A stretch of DNA of 64,000 bases from Felis catus (lineage: Eukaryota). This document shows, one piece after another, positions 1 through 13,200 of this stretch. The stretch's first letter is position 1. Each line of letters begins with the position of its first letter. The position numbers and the translations under genes were made by a program. The stretch spans positions 88,662,001 to 88,726,000 of the forward strand of contig NC_058368.1 in the NCBI RefSeq assembly GCF_018350175.1, in the 5' to 3' direction. Below the pieces are notes generated by a model, which saw only the letters and a list, made by a program, of their open reading frames with translations, searched no databases and was not told where the DNA came from.

Positions 1-279
1 ACTGTGGTGTTAGAAATCACAAAGACAATGCTGTTAATGCAGGGAGGTCTGTCCACACTCATCTAACAATCTGACCTCAGATCCTAACGTGTTCAGCCAT
101 TCCCCACCTCAAATTCTCACGTGAATGCCAAGATCCTTTTTCCTACTGTGGGCACCCAGGTCTCACTCTTTCGACAAGTCACCGAAGGCTGGTGAGTTTG
201 GTCTGCATTCTGGACCCCAACCCTCCCGATGTCCATGGTGCTGTGTCTGACTTTGTGTCCCTCCTCTGTTCTATCTCGG

Positions 280-2973
280 GGTAAAAAGGCCGCACCCGTG
301 AACGAGAATGAGAACTGTGTGGAGTGGACCATCAATGCAGGCCTGCTGAAGCAGTGAGTGGAGCACCTGGTGCCCGCCTTCCTGTGGAGAGACCCCACCT
401 GCTTCTTCACATTCTTGGGCACGTACAGAGCTTTTGCTACCACCCAACAGGTCCTGGAACTATTGCTTATGAGGTGAGCGCCCTGCCCTTCACAGCCTAG
501 TGTGATTCAGCCCCTTAAAGCTTTGAGTCTAACGAAAGTCACCAAACCTCCCTGAGTCTCAGTTTGTTCCTCTGATCAGAGCAGAATAACTACAGGTACT
601 CAGTGGGGGCACTGCTTGGAAAGTGACCCTGGCCCTGTGGAAAGGTCTGCTGGACGGGCTGTGTATCTGCTGGGTGAGCTTTGTCCTCTTCCCCATGATC
701 AAGTTTCTGCCTCATCCCTCACTGTCACCAGGTGTTGAGTTGGGCTCTTTTCCCATTTGAAAAGGAGACGTGAGGGTCTATCTGTGTGTCTGAGTCCTGG
801 GTCAAACTAATCAAGGATGCCCAGGATGAGCAGGAGGCCCAGACCCACACCAATATGTGTGATGAAGCTGATTGGGGCCCTATCGTTCATCAAACATACA
901 GGAAGCCCCACTAGGTGCAGGCACTTCTGTAGGAGCTGACTGGGATCCAATGCACAGAGCAGACAGCACCCTCCTTTCCAGAGCTCCATTCTAGTCAGCA
1001 TTAAGTGACCCTGGATATGACAAGAGATAGTATCCACAGGACACCTGATATGATGCCCTTCTGGCCTCCTCCAAATATGGCTGCTTCCTTCCTGAGACTG
1101 AGGAGATGGCGGACCCCGGGAGCAGGAGAAAATGTGAGTAGGCTTGAGCTCATGCTGGAGGGCCTTCCTTCTCCAAGAAGGCAGTGCTGAGACTGTGAGT
1201 GGGAGTGGCTGCACAACCCAGCATCCCACACATCTAAGAGTCCTGTGTGAGGGAAAAGTTCTGAGGGTTTCTCCTTGGAAGCAAGGAATGGGTTCCTGTA
1301 CTGTCTGGTATAGGATGGGCTGTGGGCACAGTGAGACAGCAGATGGTGACAGAGGACAGATTCAGCCCTTTAGACAGTCCAACCCCATCCCCTCCCACTC
1401 CCAAGCCTGCCTCCATCGCCATCATGGGACCCAGAATAAAGGCTTTGAGGAGCATCACGCTCACCACGTTGTGGAACTTCAACAGTGGGTGCTTAGCAAT
1501 TGTTCAGGAGATCCAGTGAGGGCTCAAAACCAGATATCTCCTACCCTGTGAAAGACCAATGTCAGTGGGAGGACACCCACATGTGCAATAAATGAATGAG
1601 GCAGCATAGAGGCACAGATCGTCACGTTTAAGGTATGAGGAGGGTCCAAGAAAGCCCAGGTAAGAGACAGAGTACCTTTGTCCCGTATGTGTTCAGATTT
1701 TCATGGAGCGCTAGCGTATGAAGGCACTTACTCATCCTGACACCACCCCTCCACTCATTCACGGAGTTGAATTCTAGTGGGAGGTAGACAGGGGGACACA
1801 CCAAGGAGTATGTCTGGGTTCCCCAAGAAGGACAGAGATGACCACATCATTGGTTAAGGGGTTCCCGTCAAATAGAATTTTGACAGTTCCTCTTCAGTGA
1901 CCAGGACTCTCTCAGGCGGGCCTGCCAAATCACAGGTGGAAAAGGTGTAGAACCACCCTCTGTACATCCATGAGCAGGAGGTATAGAGGCCGGGTTCCAC
2001 AGGGCTGTCCTGAGACATCAGTGCGGGGAGGCACCCCATGTTGATTTTTCTGGTTACTTTTGTATCCTCAGGGCCATCTCCTCCATCCTGGGCACCTGAC
2101 TGGACCAGTACGCCGAGGATTTTTTCCAATGCACACATTTTATCAGCCTGAAGATGCTGCGGGCATATATAGGGGTCCACATGCCACACTCCGAGCTGCA
2201 GCGCCACGACCCCCTTCTCTACTCATCACAGAGAAACCATGAACCCAAAGAGCCAGGGTCTCTGGGTGAGGAAGGAGTCTGGGTGGGAGATGTGGGCATG
2301 TGGTGGGGACGGGGTATGCCACACAGAGCATGTTTCCTGAGACTGCAATTGGGCTAGGAAGAGTGTGTAGTCTCAAATCACTGTTCCATTAGCATGGCAT
2401 CTGGGAGATTTCCTCCTGGTGGGTTCTTTGACTCAGATGACAATGTCTGTGGGAGAGGTTTCCTTTATTTGGAGGTCCATGGAAAGGCAATCATGGTGAT
2501 GGCAATTTTTATTCTTAAAGCTATGGCATCAGCTCCAGAGCAAGATCCAGACGTCCCTCAGGAGCTAGCTCCTGCTATCTCTGTGATGCCCACTGCAGCT
2601 TCGCAGCTCAAGCTGGCTGAAGACACCACTCATCCTGGAGCTCAGCAATTAGAAGAAGCAGTGATGCTCCCTGCAGAGTCACCACCAGTACAGGTGGTAG
2701 TCCCAGCTCTGATTCACTGTCAGGAGCTGGAAGAGACACCTGCCCCTTTGGTGGACCCAGACCCTGAGCAGCCTCCAGCCCCAGCTGACAGGGTCACGGA
2801 AGTGCTGGAGCAACCACCTACTGCAACTGATCACCAGCCTCAGCTCCTGAGCAGTGGCGCATGTTGGCTGCAGCCCCAAATGATGGATTCCTTGACCCTG
2901 TCATTGAATTCTTTGTAATTTTTGTGTTTGTATAGATATACTTACTGTCCTTATGTATTGTTTTATAAATAAA
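280..2973 (+). pseudogene. RALGDS-like (ral guanine nucleotide dissociation stimulator-like) pseudogene, copy 1; exons 280-473, 1075-1133, 2072-2265, 2521-~2973
   Basis: Exon translations WTINAGLLKQ*VEHLVPAF...FLGTYRAFATTQQVLELLLMR, YGCFLPETEE and AISSILGT*LDQYAEDFF match RALGDS REM-domain exons (recalled) and have GT donors. Lesions: acceptor GG at 278-279, TGA 355-357, acceptor AA 1073-1074, 1-bp deletion in the 59-bp exon, TGA 2097-2099, frameshift near 2833. AATAAA at 2968-2973. Confidence 0.92.
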
Positions 2974-2974
2974 A

Positions 2975-3250
2975 TATAAATTAACTCCAAAAAATTTTAC
3001 TCTTATCCTTTTAAATTTTAAATTCAAGTGTCATTACATACATTCCCAGGATTTTACAACCGTGACCACTATGTACTCTTAGAACATTTCCATCACACAC
3101 ACGTGTACTACTAATCACCCACGGCTCATTCCCTCACCCCAGTCTCTGCAACCACCGATATCGGTTTCTGCTGCTGTAACTCCAAAATTTTCAGGTGTGT
3201 GCAGACACACAACATGGCCTGTTGTCTATGGCTACATAACATGAGAGTGA
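2975..3250 (-). mobile_element. Ancient L1 3'-end fragment, antisense (paralog ~15607-15880)
   Basis: ...ttttaaattcaagtgtcattacatacattccc...acaaccgtgaccactatgtactcttagaacatttccatcac resembles the reverse complement of L1M 3' UTR consensus (recalled). Boundaries are approximate. Confidence 0.6.
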
Positions 3251-3616
3251 CTAATAATTCGTTAAAAATTCAATGAAACTAAGATTTTTATGACAGAGGA
3301 ATATTCCCCACAGAACAAAGATTATGTGAAGCTCCTCCTTGAAATATCTTCATTATCTGGCATGGGGACCCTTTGAGGTTTGACACAAGACCAGAAGCCA
3401 GAAGATAAATGTCTGGACCAGAGGGATACCTTGAAAATGTTTCATTTTCCTGGACAGGCCATGTTGATTTGGTCTAATGTGCATATTATAAAAATATCTA
3501 AATAAAACATTCAATATTCCATTTATGCTAATCTATTACACAATAAAGTATAAAGATCTTAAAGGTTTTCTACAGGTGATGTTTACGTAGTAAACTAAAG
3601 ATTCAAATAATGAGGA

Positions 3617-3800
3617 CAGGCACCAAGGAGGCTCAATCGGTTGAGTGTCTGAGTCAAATTTGGCTTGGGTCATGATCTCATGGTTCTTGAGATCAAGTCC
3701 CAAGTCAGGCTCTGCGACTACAGCTTGAAGCCCTGGTCAGGATTCTCCTTCTCGCTCTTTCCAAATAAATAAATATGAAAAAAATGAATAAATACAAATA
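3617..3800 (+). mobile_element. Old CAN-SINE (paralog 16256-16442)
   Basis: Degenerate ggcacc..ggctcaatcggttgag head, catgatctc body and aaataaataaa tail. Confidence 0.85.
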
Positions 3801-5553
3801 AATATGGAGAAAAAAATTATATTCTTCGAAAAATAATTGCCCATAAGACATGGTGTCATCTTCCCAGTCGTTTTGCTTTGAGTGCAGCAGGTGTCTGTGT
3901 TTGGGTCTATGAGTAGTGTGAAAGGTTGGGTGTGGAAGGATCCAGGACTATGGTCTTGTAGTACGTGATGTTCCCACAGTGGACAGGCACAGTGCTGTCC
4001 CCTTCTGCATTCTCAGTGGCCACACACCATCATTTATTCTGTATCTCCAGAAGCTGAATGACTGAGCCAATTTCCAATACTTTGACTCTCATCATTGTAC
4101 TGAAGGGGACATCTGTACCACAAATCTCTCCTTCTCTAGATGTGTACACTGAGCACAGCTTTTGGAACATAATTCATATGCATTTTGCGGGTGCTACCTC
4201 CAGTTTCCAATATCTATAGACTATTACATTGGGGCCTTATGTGAAAAGAAGGGACCCCTAGGACTGACTGGATACCTGAAGAATTAGGAGGACAAGCCAG
4301 CACTGAGGCCATCAGGGTACCGAGGAGTGACCCATGGGGCAAGAAATAAACCACAGTCCTTCATTCTGACCTCCTGCACAGCATCCCTGCCCCATGTCCC
4401 GGAACACACTCGTCCAGGCCCCATCCCATGACAAACCCCAGCCACCTGTGCACCTCCTGTTCCATAGCTCTGCTTCTCAGTAGAGCAGCCAGTCCCTGCT
4501 TTCAGGCCAGTGGAGGATGCAGCCTGGGCCACTGCTGTCTGCTTGCTGGCCTTCCACCCAGGCTGGGTGCCTTACTCTCAGGAAAGTACCTATAAGTGCA
4601 GGTCAGGTCAATGAGTTAAAGACCATGACCTGAATGTGTTCACTTGAACCTCTGCAAGCAAGAGAATCCTTTACAAAGCACACCAGGAGCTCAAGGAGAC
4701 CTCAGGATGGAGACAGTCAAGGGTTTGATACCGAGTAAAGCCCCTCCACGCTTCAGGCTCCTCCAGCAGTGAGGCCCTGCACCTGCCAGCCCCATCTTTG
4801 GAGAACTGTGTCCTTGTCATGAGCAGCCACACAGCACCCTCTGGTGACCACAAGACACACAGGAATACTGCAGGGCTCCCTGATCTCTCAGCGAAGAAAG
4901 TGCCATTCCAACTTAGACATCCTCAGAGGATTCCAGGCAGATCAGAAACAACTCTGTACAATGAAGTGATTTTGAGGTGCCTTTCAGGAACTCTATGAAA
5001 AATATAGGTCTCTTCCCAACGGCAGTATTCTAAGATGAATTCACTGAACGTTTGAGTCAGGCACTGGGTTCCAGGACAGAAAATAGAGACAAGGCGGCTA
5101 CCTCCCAAGATGCACAGGGTGTGTTGTGGGAATGTGTTGGGAAGGATGTGTCTATGTCACAGCTCTCTGTGTCTGGTTAAAGAAAATGTATGTCCAAACA
5201 AACCTTATTTATGGAGTTGTGTGATTATATCAACCACAAAACATTTCAGAAAATCTGCATAGTATTACTCCGTATATCTGCTTCCTCTCATCTAAATTCG
5301 ATCACATCATCCTATATTCCCAGGCACTTTTTCGCTTATTAGGAGTGCATGATATGCTATACAGAGACCGAAGTGACTCTACACCATTACTGGTAGACCT
5401 AATAAATGATTTCCGTAATGTTAAGATATGTAGGTCGATGTATATATTGTGCTTCATTTCTATACATGAATAACAAGCTATCAGAGAGAGTATTAAGAAA
5501 TAATTAAAAATCCCTCCAAAAGAATAAAATACTTAAGAATAAATTTAGCCAAC

Positions 5554-5711
5554 GGGCACTTGGGTGGCACAGTCAGTGAAGCAACTGACTGTGGCTCAGG
5601 TCGTGATCTCACAGTTTGTGACTTGAGCCTTGCGTTGGGCTCTGTGCTGACAACTCAGAGTCTGAAGCCTGCTTCAGATTCTGTGCCTCTCTTTCTCTCA
5701 GCTCTTCCCCA

Positions 5712-5753
<42 letters not shown>

Positions 5754-5806
5754 CTATGTATCTCTCTCTCTCAAGAATAAATACACATAGAAAACTTAAA
5801 AAAGAA
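5554..5806 (+). mobile_element. CAN-SINE inserted in L1 (paralog 17897-18145, head partly deleted)
   Basis: SINE head, (CT)n tract and A tail. Imperfect TSD aagaataaatttagccaa / aagaatgactttaaccaa. Confidence 0.9.
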
Positions 5807-6444
5807 AAGAATGACTTTAACCAAGAAGATGAAGACCTCTTTAATGAAAACCAGAAATCAGTGGAGAAAAACTTTGAAGAGACAGAAATAAGTGGAAAGA
5901 CATTCCATGCTAGTGGATCCCAAGAATTAAGATGGTCAAAATGTCCACACTACTTAAAGCCATCTACACATTCCCTAGGTGCAGTCCCTATCAAAGTTTA
6001 AGCACGTTTCCAAAAATAGGATAACCCTTCAATGTGGACAGAACCACAAAAGGCTCTGAATAGCCAAAGTCATTTTGAGAAGGAAGAACACAGCTGGAAG
6101 CATCATGCTTTCTGATTTTAAAGTAGATCTCAAAGCTACAATAACCCAAGCAGTACAGTATTGGGGTAAAAACAGACACACAGATCATTGGAACAGAACT
6201 GAAGGCCCAGAAAGAAACCCACGCATATGTAAGCAATTAATTCACAGCAAAAGAACCAAGAATATAACATGAGGAAAAGGCAGTCTCCTCAATAGGTGGT
6301 GCCAGAAACACTGGGCAGCCACACACACAGAAAAACAACTTGACACCTATCTAACACCACACTCAGAAACGAAGTCAAATGTATCAAAGGCCTAAAGTTA
6401 AGACCTAAAACCAGGAAAATCATGGATAAAACTTGCGCAGAAGG

Positions 6445-6894
6445 TGGGGAAATCACAAAACTATGTCCTGAGTTAGGAGATTATAGGGAACGCTTTGCAA
6501 AGCAGATCACTGCTCTCTGGACTTGTTGCAAACAGCCAGCGGCAGTTCATTTATCTAGTTAGTGTGTATCTGGGGAACAGGCTGGACTTCGCTTCTCTGT
6601 TGCTGTGTATCCAGGGTTGGGTTCCGTATGTGCTCACAAAATACTTAGATCATGTTGTCACATGCAATATTATATACTGTCTTAACTTGGTTTTCACCAT
6701 GTCTTCAATACGTTCTTTCTAGCATGTGGCCCACTGACTTATTGCACACCGTTTGTATGAATACAGGAGCTTGAGAGCAGCTCGTGGAGATGTCCTTTAG
6801 CCTCCCTCTCACCTCTCTTGACTTGCATGGAGTCTTAAGCAATCCTTTCTGCTGCCCTTGGCTTTGCTGGAAAAAGCCAAAAGCCAAACCCACG
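6445..6894. mobile_element. Probable solo LTR (~450 bp) inserted in L1 (paralog 18788-19294)
   Basis: Non-L1 block splitting contiguous L1 ORF2. Ends are TGTGGG...CCCA(CG/TG), flanked by a near-repeat agaagg/agaatg consistent with a 6-bp TSD. Confidence 0.55.
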
Positions 6895-8171
6895 AGAATG
6901 GTTTTGATCTCAGTCTTGACACTGAGTTTTGGGATTTGACGCCAGAAGCCAAAGCTACAAAGGAAAAATAAAGAAGTGGGACTACATCAAACTAAAAAAC
7001 AAGTTCTGCACAGCAAACATATGTTCAACAGAATGGAAACACAACATAGTGAACGGGAGAAAATACTTGCAAACTATATACACGGTAAAGGGTTAATAGA
7101 CAAAAGATATAGAGAATTCCTACCGCTCCGCAACACAAGAGCAAAGAGCAATTACAAAACTGGCAGAGTCCTGAAGAGGCATTTTTCCAATGAAGACATA
7201 CAGATGGCCACTACATACATGAAGAGATGTTCAATGTCACTCCACATTAGAGTAATGAAAATCCAAAGTGAAAGAGATATCACCTCAAACCTGTCTGAAT
7301 GGTCTTATCAAAAAGACAAGAAATTACAAGTGTTGGGTAAAATGTGGAGGAAAGCGAATCATTGTGCTCTGTTGCTGGGATTAGAACTTGGTGCAGCGGC
7401 AGTCGAAAACAATATAAAGTTTCCTCAAAAAATTCAAACTAGAACATCCATAGCATCCAGCAATTTCCCCCAATTACCCTCCTAGGTATTACTCAGAACA
7501 CATGAAATCACTAACTCGCAAGGATATCTTCACACCTGTATTATGCCACATTATTTATACTAGCCTGGAGGGCATTATGCTAAGTGAAATAAATCACACA
7601 GAGAAAGACAAATACCAAATGCTCTCACATATATGTGGAATCTGAAACAAAAAATAAGAAAACAAAATACAAAAATTCTCAAAACATAATAAAATAAACT
7701 CATAAATACATAAGGATGATTGCAAAGGTGAGGGGCAGGAAGGAGGGAAATAGGTTAAAGGGCAAAAGACATCAGTGAATAAAAAAAGACCATGTCAAGA
7801 GGGAAACTAGAGAGTAAATATGACTTCAGTATCTTAACTTCTAGCTTCTTATATTTCAAAGACTTTAGTTCATTCCATTACATTCAATAGACCTACCTGA
7901 ATTCTTATTATGACTCAGCAGTTTTTGAAGATGAGTTCTGTATTCAGTATTTCATATCAATAAGGACAGAGTGCTTACATTACTAGGCATATTAGCCTTT
8001 CAAACCTTTTATGGTTTCTTGAAGTATCATTATGTGACAAAAATCTCCTTAGATCTAAGTGGACAATTTAATCACTCTTCACATATGTACATACCACTAA
8101 AGCAATCAGCATAATGAACGTAAGGTACACGTGTCCATCACACAAAAGTGATTCTTTTCTCCTTGTTGTAG

Positions 8172-8349
8172 CAAGTGCCAGTGGGGGAGAGACAGGCAGG
8201 CAGAGAGACAGAGACACAAAATGTGAAAGCAGGCTCCAAATTCTGAGCTGTCCACACAGACCCCAGTGCAGGGCTGGAGCTCAGGAACCGCGAGATCATG
8301 AGCTGAGCCCAGGTGGAAAGCTTAACCTGCTGAGCCACCCAGGCGCCCC
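8172..8349 (-). mobile_element. CAN-SINE lacking its tail, at the duplication junction
   Basis: Ends ...ctgagccacccaggcgcccc (reverse-complement SINE head). No poly-T tail on the left. Confidence 0.9.
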
Positions 8350-9973
8350 GGGAATGTTCCATTCAGGAGTACACTGCATACATCCAGACCCATTTCCGCA
8401 AGGACAGAGCCCTTAGAACAGATACTACTACGAAGGATATTATACAAGTGTCAACAACCTGACCTCTTTCTTAGAAAGAGGCTGCCCTGACAATACCTAG
8501 AAAACAAGGCGCTCTGATCAAAATCCCACGGATAAAAGTCATGCCTGCATACCCTTAGGGCCTGGTGACTCCCCAGGTTCCACCTCCAGCGCACTCCTAT
8601 TTGAAACTTTGTAGCTTTTGGTTTCTAAGGAGCCCTGCAGCTGTGCAGGCTGCTGGGAATGACCTCACCTGAGCTACCTATCAGGAGACAGCTTAGCACT
8701 GGTCACTCTTCCTGTAGGCACTGGGCTCAGGGCCTCGGATGAGCCAGGATGCAGGAGACAAGCAGAGAACGTTAGCATTTGAGGACACAAAAAAGGCTTT
8801 GGGGTTCCCCTACTCGGGGACCACGTTCATGACCTGGGCGCCTGCGACGTTGGCAGCTGGCACACAGGACAACGGGGAGTGTGAGGGAGATGAAATGAGG
8901 GCCCTCAGCCCCTTCGCATGCAATTCAGAGGGAACTCTGAGTTCATACAAAAGGAAAGGTCACTTCAGTCATGAGCTCCCAAGAAGCCTCCCTGCGGGAA
9001 GGGATGGTGCCGTCAACAACCTTTTCCTCCTTCCAGCCCTGCATGGGTTTCAGGGGGAGCACAGCACAGGGGTGTCCTAGGAAGGTCCCGCTGACCCATG
9101 CCCCCTGAACCTACTTCACTCAACCCCTGAGCTCACTTCAGGGTAGGGACCGGATTCAGTCCACATCGAATGCTTTACTTCTTGTCTGTCTGTTGTTGTC
9201 TCTCAGTGCTAGGCCATGTGTACCCGTCTGTGTCATTACTCAACACGGGGGTTGTTCCCCAGTGTGAGGATCTGAGAGACAACACAGAGAGTGACAGTGA
9301 GCACGTGGCTGGGCATGGACATTTTAGTCACCAAAACTTGGAATGGGCTTTGGGCCACATTGCCATCTTCTGTGGAACAGAAATCAAACACTACGTCCAT
9401 ATCACACCCCAGGAAAGATATTACACAAGGATGTGTTTACAGGATGTGGGGATCCCAGGGAGCCACTGAGGGGAGGAGAAAGTGAAGACCCTGCCAGGGT
9501 CAGTGCCTTGCTCAGAATCACAGACTGGTAAAAAGTCAGAACCAGGTATGAACCCAACTCCATGTCCTCAAAATGGGGTCCTTGACTTGATGCAGGTTTT
9601 CTGAGGGGGCTCTGGAAAAGGTTGTGTTACTATAACTGTGTGCAGACATGGAGGTGGTGTGGGGGTGAGGCTGAAGAGGAGTGTAACAGGGGGCATTCCA
9701 GCATGTTCTTCTCTGAGGAGCACTCCAGGCTACAGCAACCCACTGAGTGCAACCCTGTCCCCACTGTACCCAGTGCAATGGGAGGGAATGGTTCGTGGCA
9801 CACTACTGACAAAGTCTACGTAAAAGAGAGTTCTGACCTACTAGGCCACAACTCCAATCCCAACTGTAGCGATTGGTTTAGAAATTAGAGAGGTTAAGCT
9901 CTTAGGAAGTTTTTGGCCATCCTTCCCTAGGCAGAGCTGCTATCTTCTGGGACTGTAGAAAGTGAGCACTGGA

Positions 9974-10200
9974 GGGGCGCCTGGGTGGCTCAGTCGGTTA
10001 AGCGTCCGACTTCAGCTCAGGTCACGATCTCGTGGTCCGTGAGTTCGAGCCCCGCATCAGGCTCAGGGCTGATGGCTCGGAGCCTGGAGCCTGCTTCCGA
10101 TTCTGTGTCTCCCTCTCTCTCTGCCCCTCCCCCGTTCATGCTCTGTCTCTCTCTGTCTCAAAAATAAATAAAAAAACATTTAAAAAATTAAAAAAAAAAA
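9974..10200 (+). mobile_element. Young felid-type CAN-SINE
   Basis: Near-consensus, CpG-rich element with perfect TSD gaaagtgagcactgg (9958-9972 / 10201-10215). Confidence 0.97.
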
Positions 10201-13200
10201 GAAAGTGAGCACTGGTAAACACACACACACGCACACACACACACACGCACACACAAACACACACACCAGTATGGACTGTTGGGTGGGATCAGAGGAGCAG
10301 CAGAAACAGAGGAGGTGAGAAGTCAAAGTAAATATGGTTGGATAAATTTCCAACATGTGACACCACTCCTCCAATTTCACAGGTATCATCCCACATATGT
10401 CTGAGGACATCCTGAGGAAGTACATGCTAGAATTATCTCCACTGGGCAGAAAAGACATGGACTATCCCTGAGAAGCACAATCACGAATCTGGGACCAGAA
10501 AGAGGTAAGAATGAAGAGTGACGTCTCAACCCAGATATGTCTCAAAGCTGGGACCCTGGCTGCCCCAAGACCTTCCCTGGGGGCTGTGGAGAGGGGTGCA
10601 TTGGTGTAACTGTGGACTGATGTGACATTTCTTGGAGAATGGGGGTGAGCAGTCATCAAATAGAGGACTATTTGCATAGGTGTTATCCCAGGAGCGGACT
10701 CAGGAGGTGGATCCTAGGCAGTGACATCACTTTGCTCACAATAGGCCTCAGGAGAGCTTGGAACTCCTGTAACCCGGCACCCACGTTCTAGTTAGGTCCC
10801 ATACCAGTCTCACTTGTCTACAGACACAGAGAGTTTGGGATGTTCTCTTGTTGTTTTCCCAGTTACCAGGGCTCTGGATACCAGAAACCCCAGTGCGCAG
10901 GATTACTCAGATGTTGGAGAGGTTTCCTTCACCCATGCTGGTGGTGCCTCAGAATGTTTTCCAGGAGGTGACATAAGGTAATACAGAGCAGCCTAGAGCA
11001 GGCCAGGTCAGGTCAGGTCACAGCTCTGAGCCATCCCTGGGCACCCCCATCCCCTCGTGTTCAGTTTCAGGGAAAGGGGGACAAGTGAGGTACTCCTGTC
11101 CTGGACTGGAGGAGGTTGGATGGCAGTGGATGACCTGGTGGACCCATCATGGCCATGCAGATGTCATGCTGGGAAGGAGGGAAAAGGGATCTCTGTGGTG
11201 CCTCTAACGTATAACAGGGTTAATCCAAGGCCCTCCAACCATGTTGCTTCTCCTCCTTGGGGTGGGGGGGGCGGTGTGTGCACAATGTGGTGTCATATAT
11301 CTGGAATGAAGTCACATGGGTCTGAGGACAAGCAAAAGGAAGCAGACAGGGCTTTGAGTCCCCTGACTGCCTGCTAGGCACTGTCTTTACAGAGTCACAC
11401 GTCAGAGATGGTGGAGAAGGTGAATGATGAGAGCCCCTGCTCTACTTCCCTGAAGGACAGGAGGAAGCCCCGTGTCATCAGCAGGATGCAGAGCTGGCCC
11501 AGGGTGAGTGCAGGTACCGGGAAAACTCAACACGCACGGCCCAGAGGCAATGCAAAGAATCCCAGGGCACAGAAAACACACTGATACTCCCCTGGTCTCC
11601 CTCATACACTCCTGAATCCTGATGAACCTGGAACCCCATCTCTTCCCAAAACATGCACTCATGGCCCAGGCCCTGCCATGGCCAGATGGAAAGTCACTCT
11701 CCACTTATTTATGGGAATATCAGAAAAGAGATTAGAAACCGTATCACGTCCAATTCTGTCTAGAATATTTTGGCATTGTGTTGTACATGTTTCTTCAATG
11801 ACTGTTCCCAGGTGTCCTGGTTTGCCTGACCATCCTTCCACACCTTCTCTACATCTGACACATGTTCATGAGGAGCAGGGTGATTTTTACCCAAAGGACA
11901 TGGGGCTCATGGTATTATGTCTACTGCTCTGCACTTTGGTTGCCAAGGAACACGTCCCTGGGGCCCCTCCAGATCAGGAGCAAGGGCCTTACCACCTAGA
12001 CAACGTTCTGGAAATGAGACAAGGTACCTGACCCATTCAGCCCTTCACAAATGTGGGACTTTGACATGATTCCCTTCTGTTGCCATGTCACAGTGCTGCA
12101 CTGAACATACTACATGTCCTACTACCCTGATGTAACCTCTGCCAGGAAATATCCCTGTCTTCTGGTCCCTAGAATGGACTGTGGTGTTAGAAATCACAAA
12201 GACAATGCTGTTAATGCAGGGAGGTCTGTCCACACTCATCTAACAATCTGACCTCAGATCCTAACGTGTTCAGCCATTCCCCACCTCAAATTCTCACGTG
12301 AATGCCAAGATCCTTTTTCCTACTGTGGGCACCCAGGTCTCACTCTTTCGACAAGTCACCGAAGGCTGGTGAGTTTGGTCTGCATTCTGGACCCCAACCC
12401 TCCCGATGTCCATGGGGCTGTGTCTGACTTTGTGTCCCTCCTCTGTTCTACCTCAGGGTAAAAAATGAGAATTGTGTGGAGTGGACCATCGAAGGAGTCT
12501 GGATGCTACTGGAACAGCGGGTGGAGCACCTGGTGCCCGCCTTCCTGGGTAGAGACCCCACCTACCTCTGCACATTCTTGGGAATGTAGAGAGCTTTTGC
12601 TACCACCCAACAGGTCCTGGACCTACTGTTTAAGAGGTGAGCACCCTGCCCTTCACAGCCTAGTGTGTTTTAGCCCCTTGAAGCTTTGAGTCTAGGGAAA
12701 GTCACCAAACCTCCCTGAGTCTCAGTTTGTTCCTCTGATCGGGGTAGAATAACTGCAGGTACTCAGTGGGGGCACTGCAGGGAAAGTGACCCTGGCTCTG
12801 TGGAAATGTCTGCTGACAGGGCTGTGTCTGTGCTGGGTCATCTTTGTCCTCTTGCCCGTGATCAAGTTTCTGCCTCATCCCTCACTGTCACCAGATCGTG
12901 AGTTAGGCTATTCCCATTTGAAAAGACTTGAGGCTCCATCTGGGGGTCTGAGTCCTGGATGGAACCAGAGCAAGGATATCTGCAGATAAGCAGAAGGCCC
13001 AGGCCTAGGTCCACACCAATATGTGTGATGGAGCTGATTGGGGTCCTATCATTCACCAACCATACAGGAAGCCCCACTATGTGCAGGCACTTCTGTAGTT
13101 GCTGACTGGGATCCAAAGCACAGAGCAGACAGCACCTTCCCCTCCAGAGCTTCATTCTAGTCATCAGTCAGTGACCCTGGATATGACAAGAGGTGGTATC

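Larger units (their letters stand above)
5345..7740 (+). mobile_element. Degenerate L1 ORF2 3' half and 3' UTR, interrupted by a SINE and a solo LTR (paralog ~18145-20130)
   Basis: ORF2 motifs in the ORF track (GSIMLSDFKVDLKATITQAVQYWGKNRHTDHWNR; RHFSNEDIQMATTYMKRCS) and ggagggcattatgctaagtgaaataa. Confidence 0.9.
1..8171. repeat. Tandem segmental duplication, copy 1 (left end beyond window); paralogous to 12178-20574
   Basis: Position 1 (actgtggtgttagaaatcac...) recurs at 12178, an offset of 12177. Colinear similarity, including shared SINEs, L1 and LTR, runs to ...ctccttgttgtag at 8171 and 20574. Confidence 0.97.

Noticed and set aside
4284..4532. 82-aa minus-strand ORF also present at 16931-17179
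   Set aside because: The conservation is explained by the segmental duplication. There is no recognisable homology or splice context.
9974..10060. tRNA gene
   Set aside because: The tRNA-like A/B boxes are the head of a CAN-SINE with tail and TSD. The same applies to the other SINE heads.
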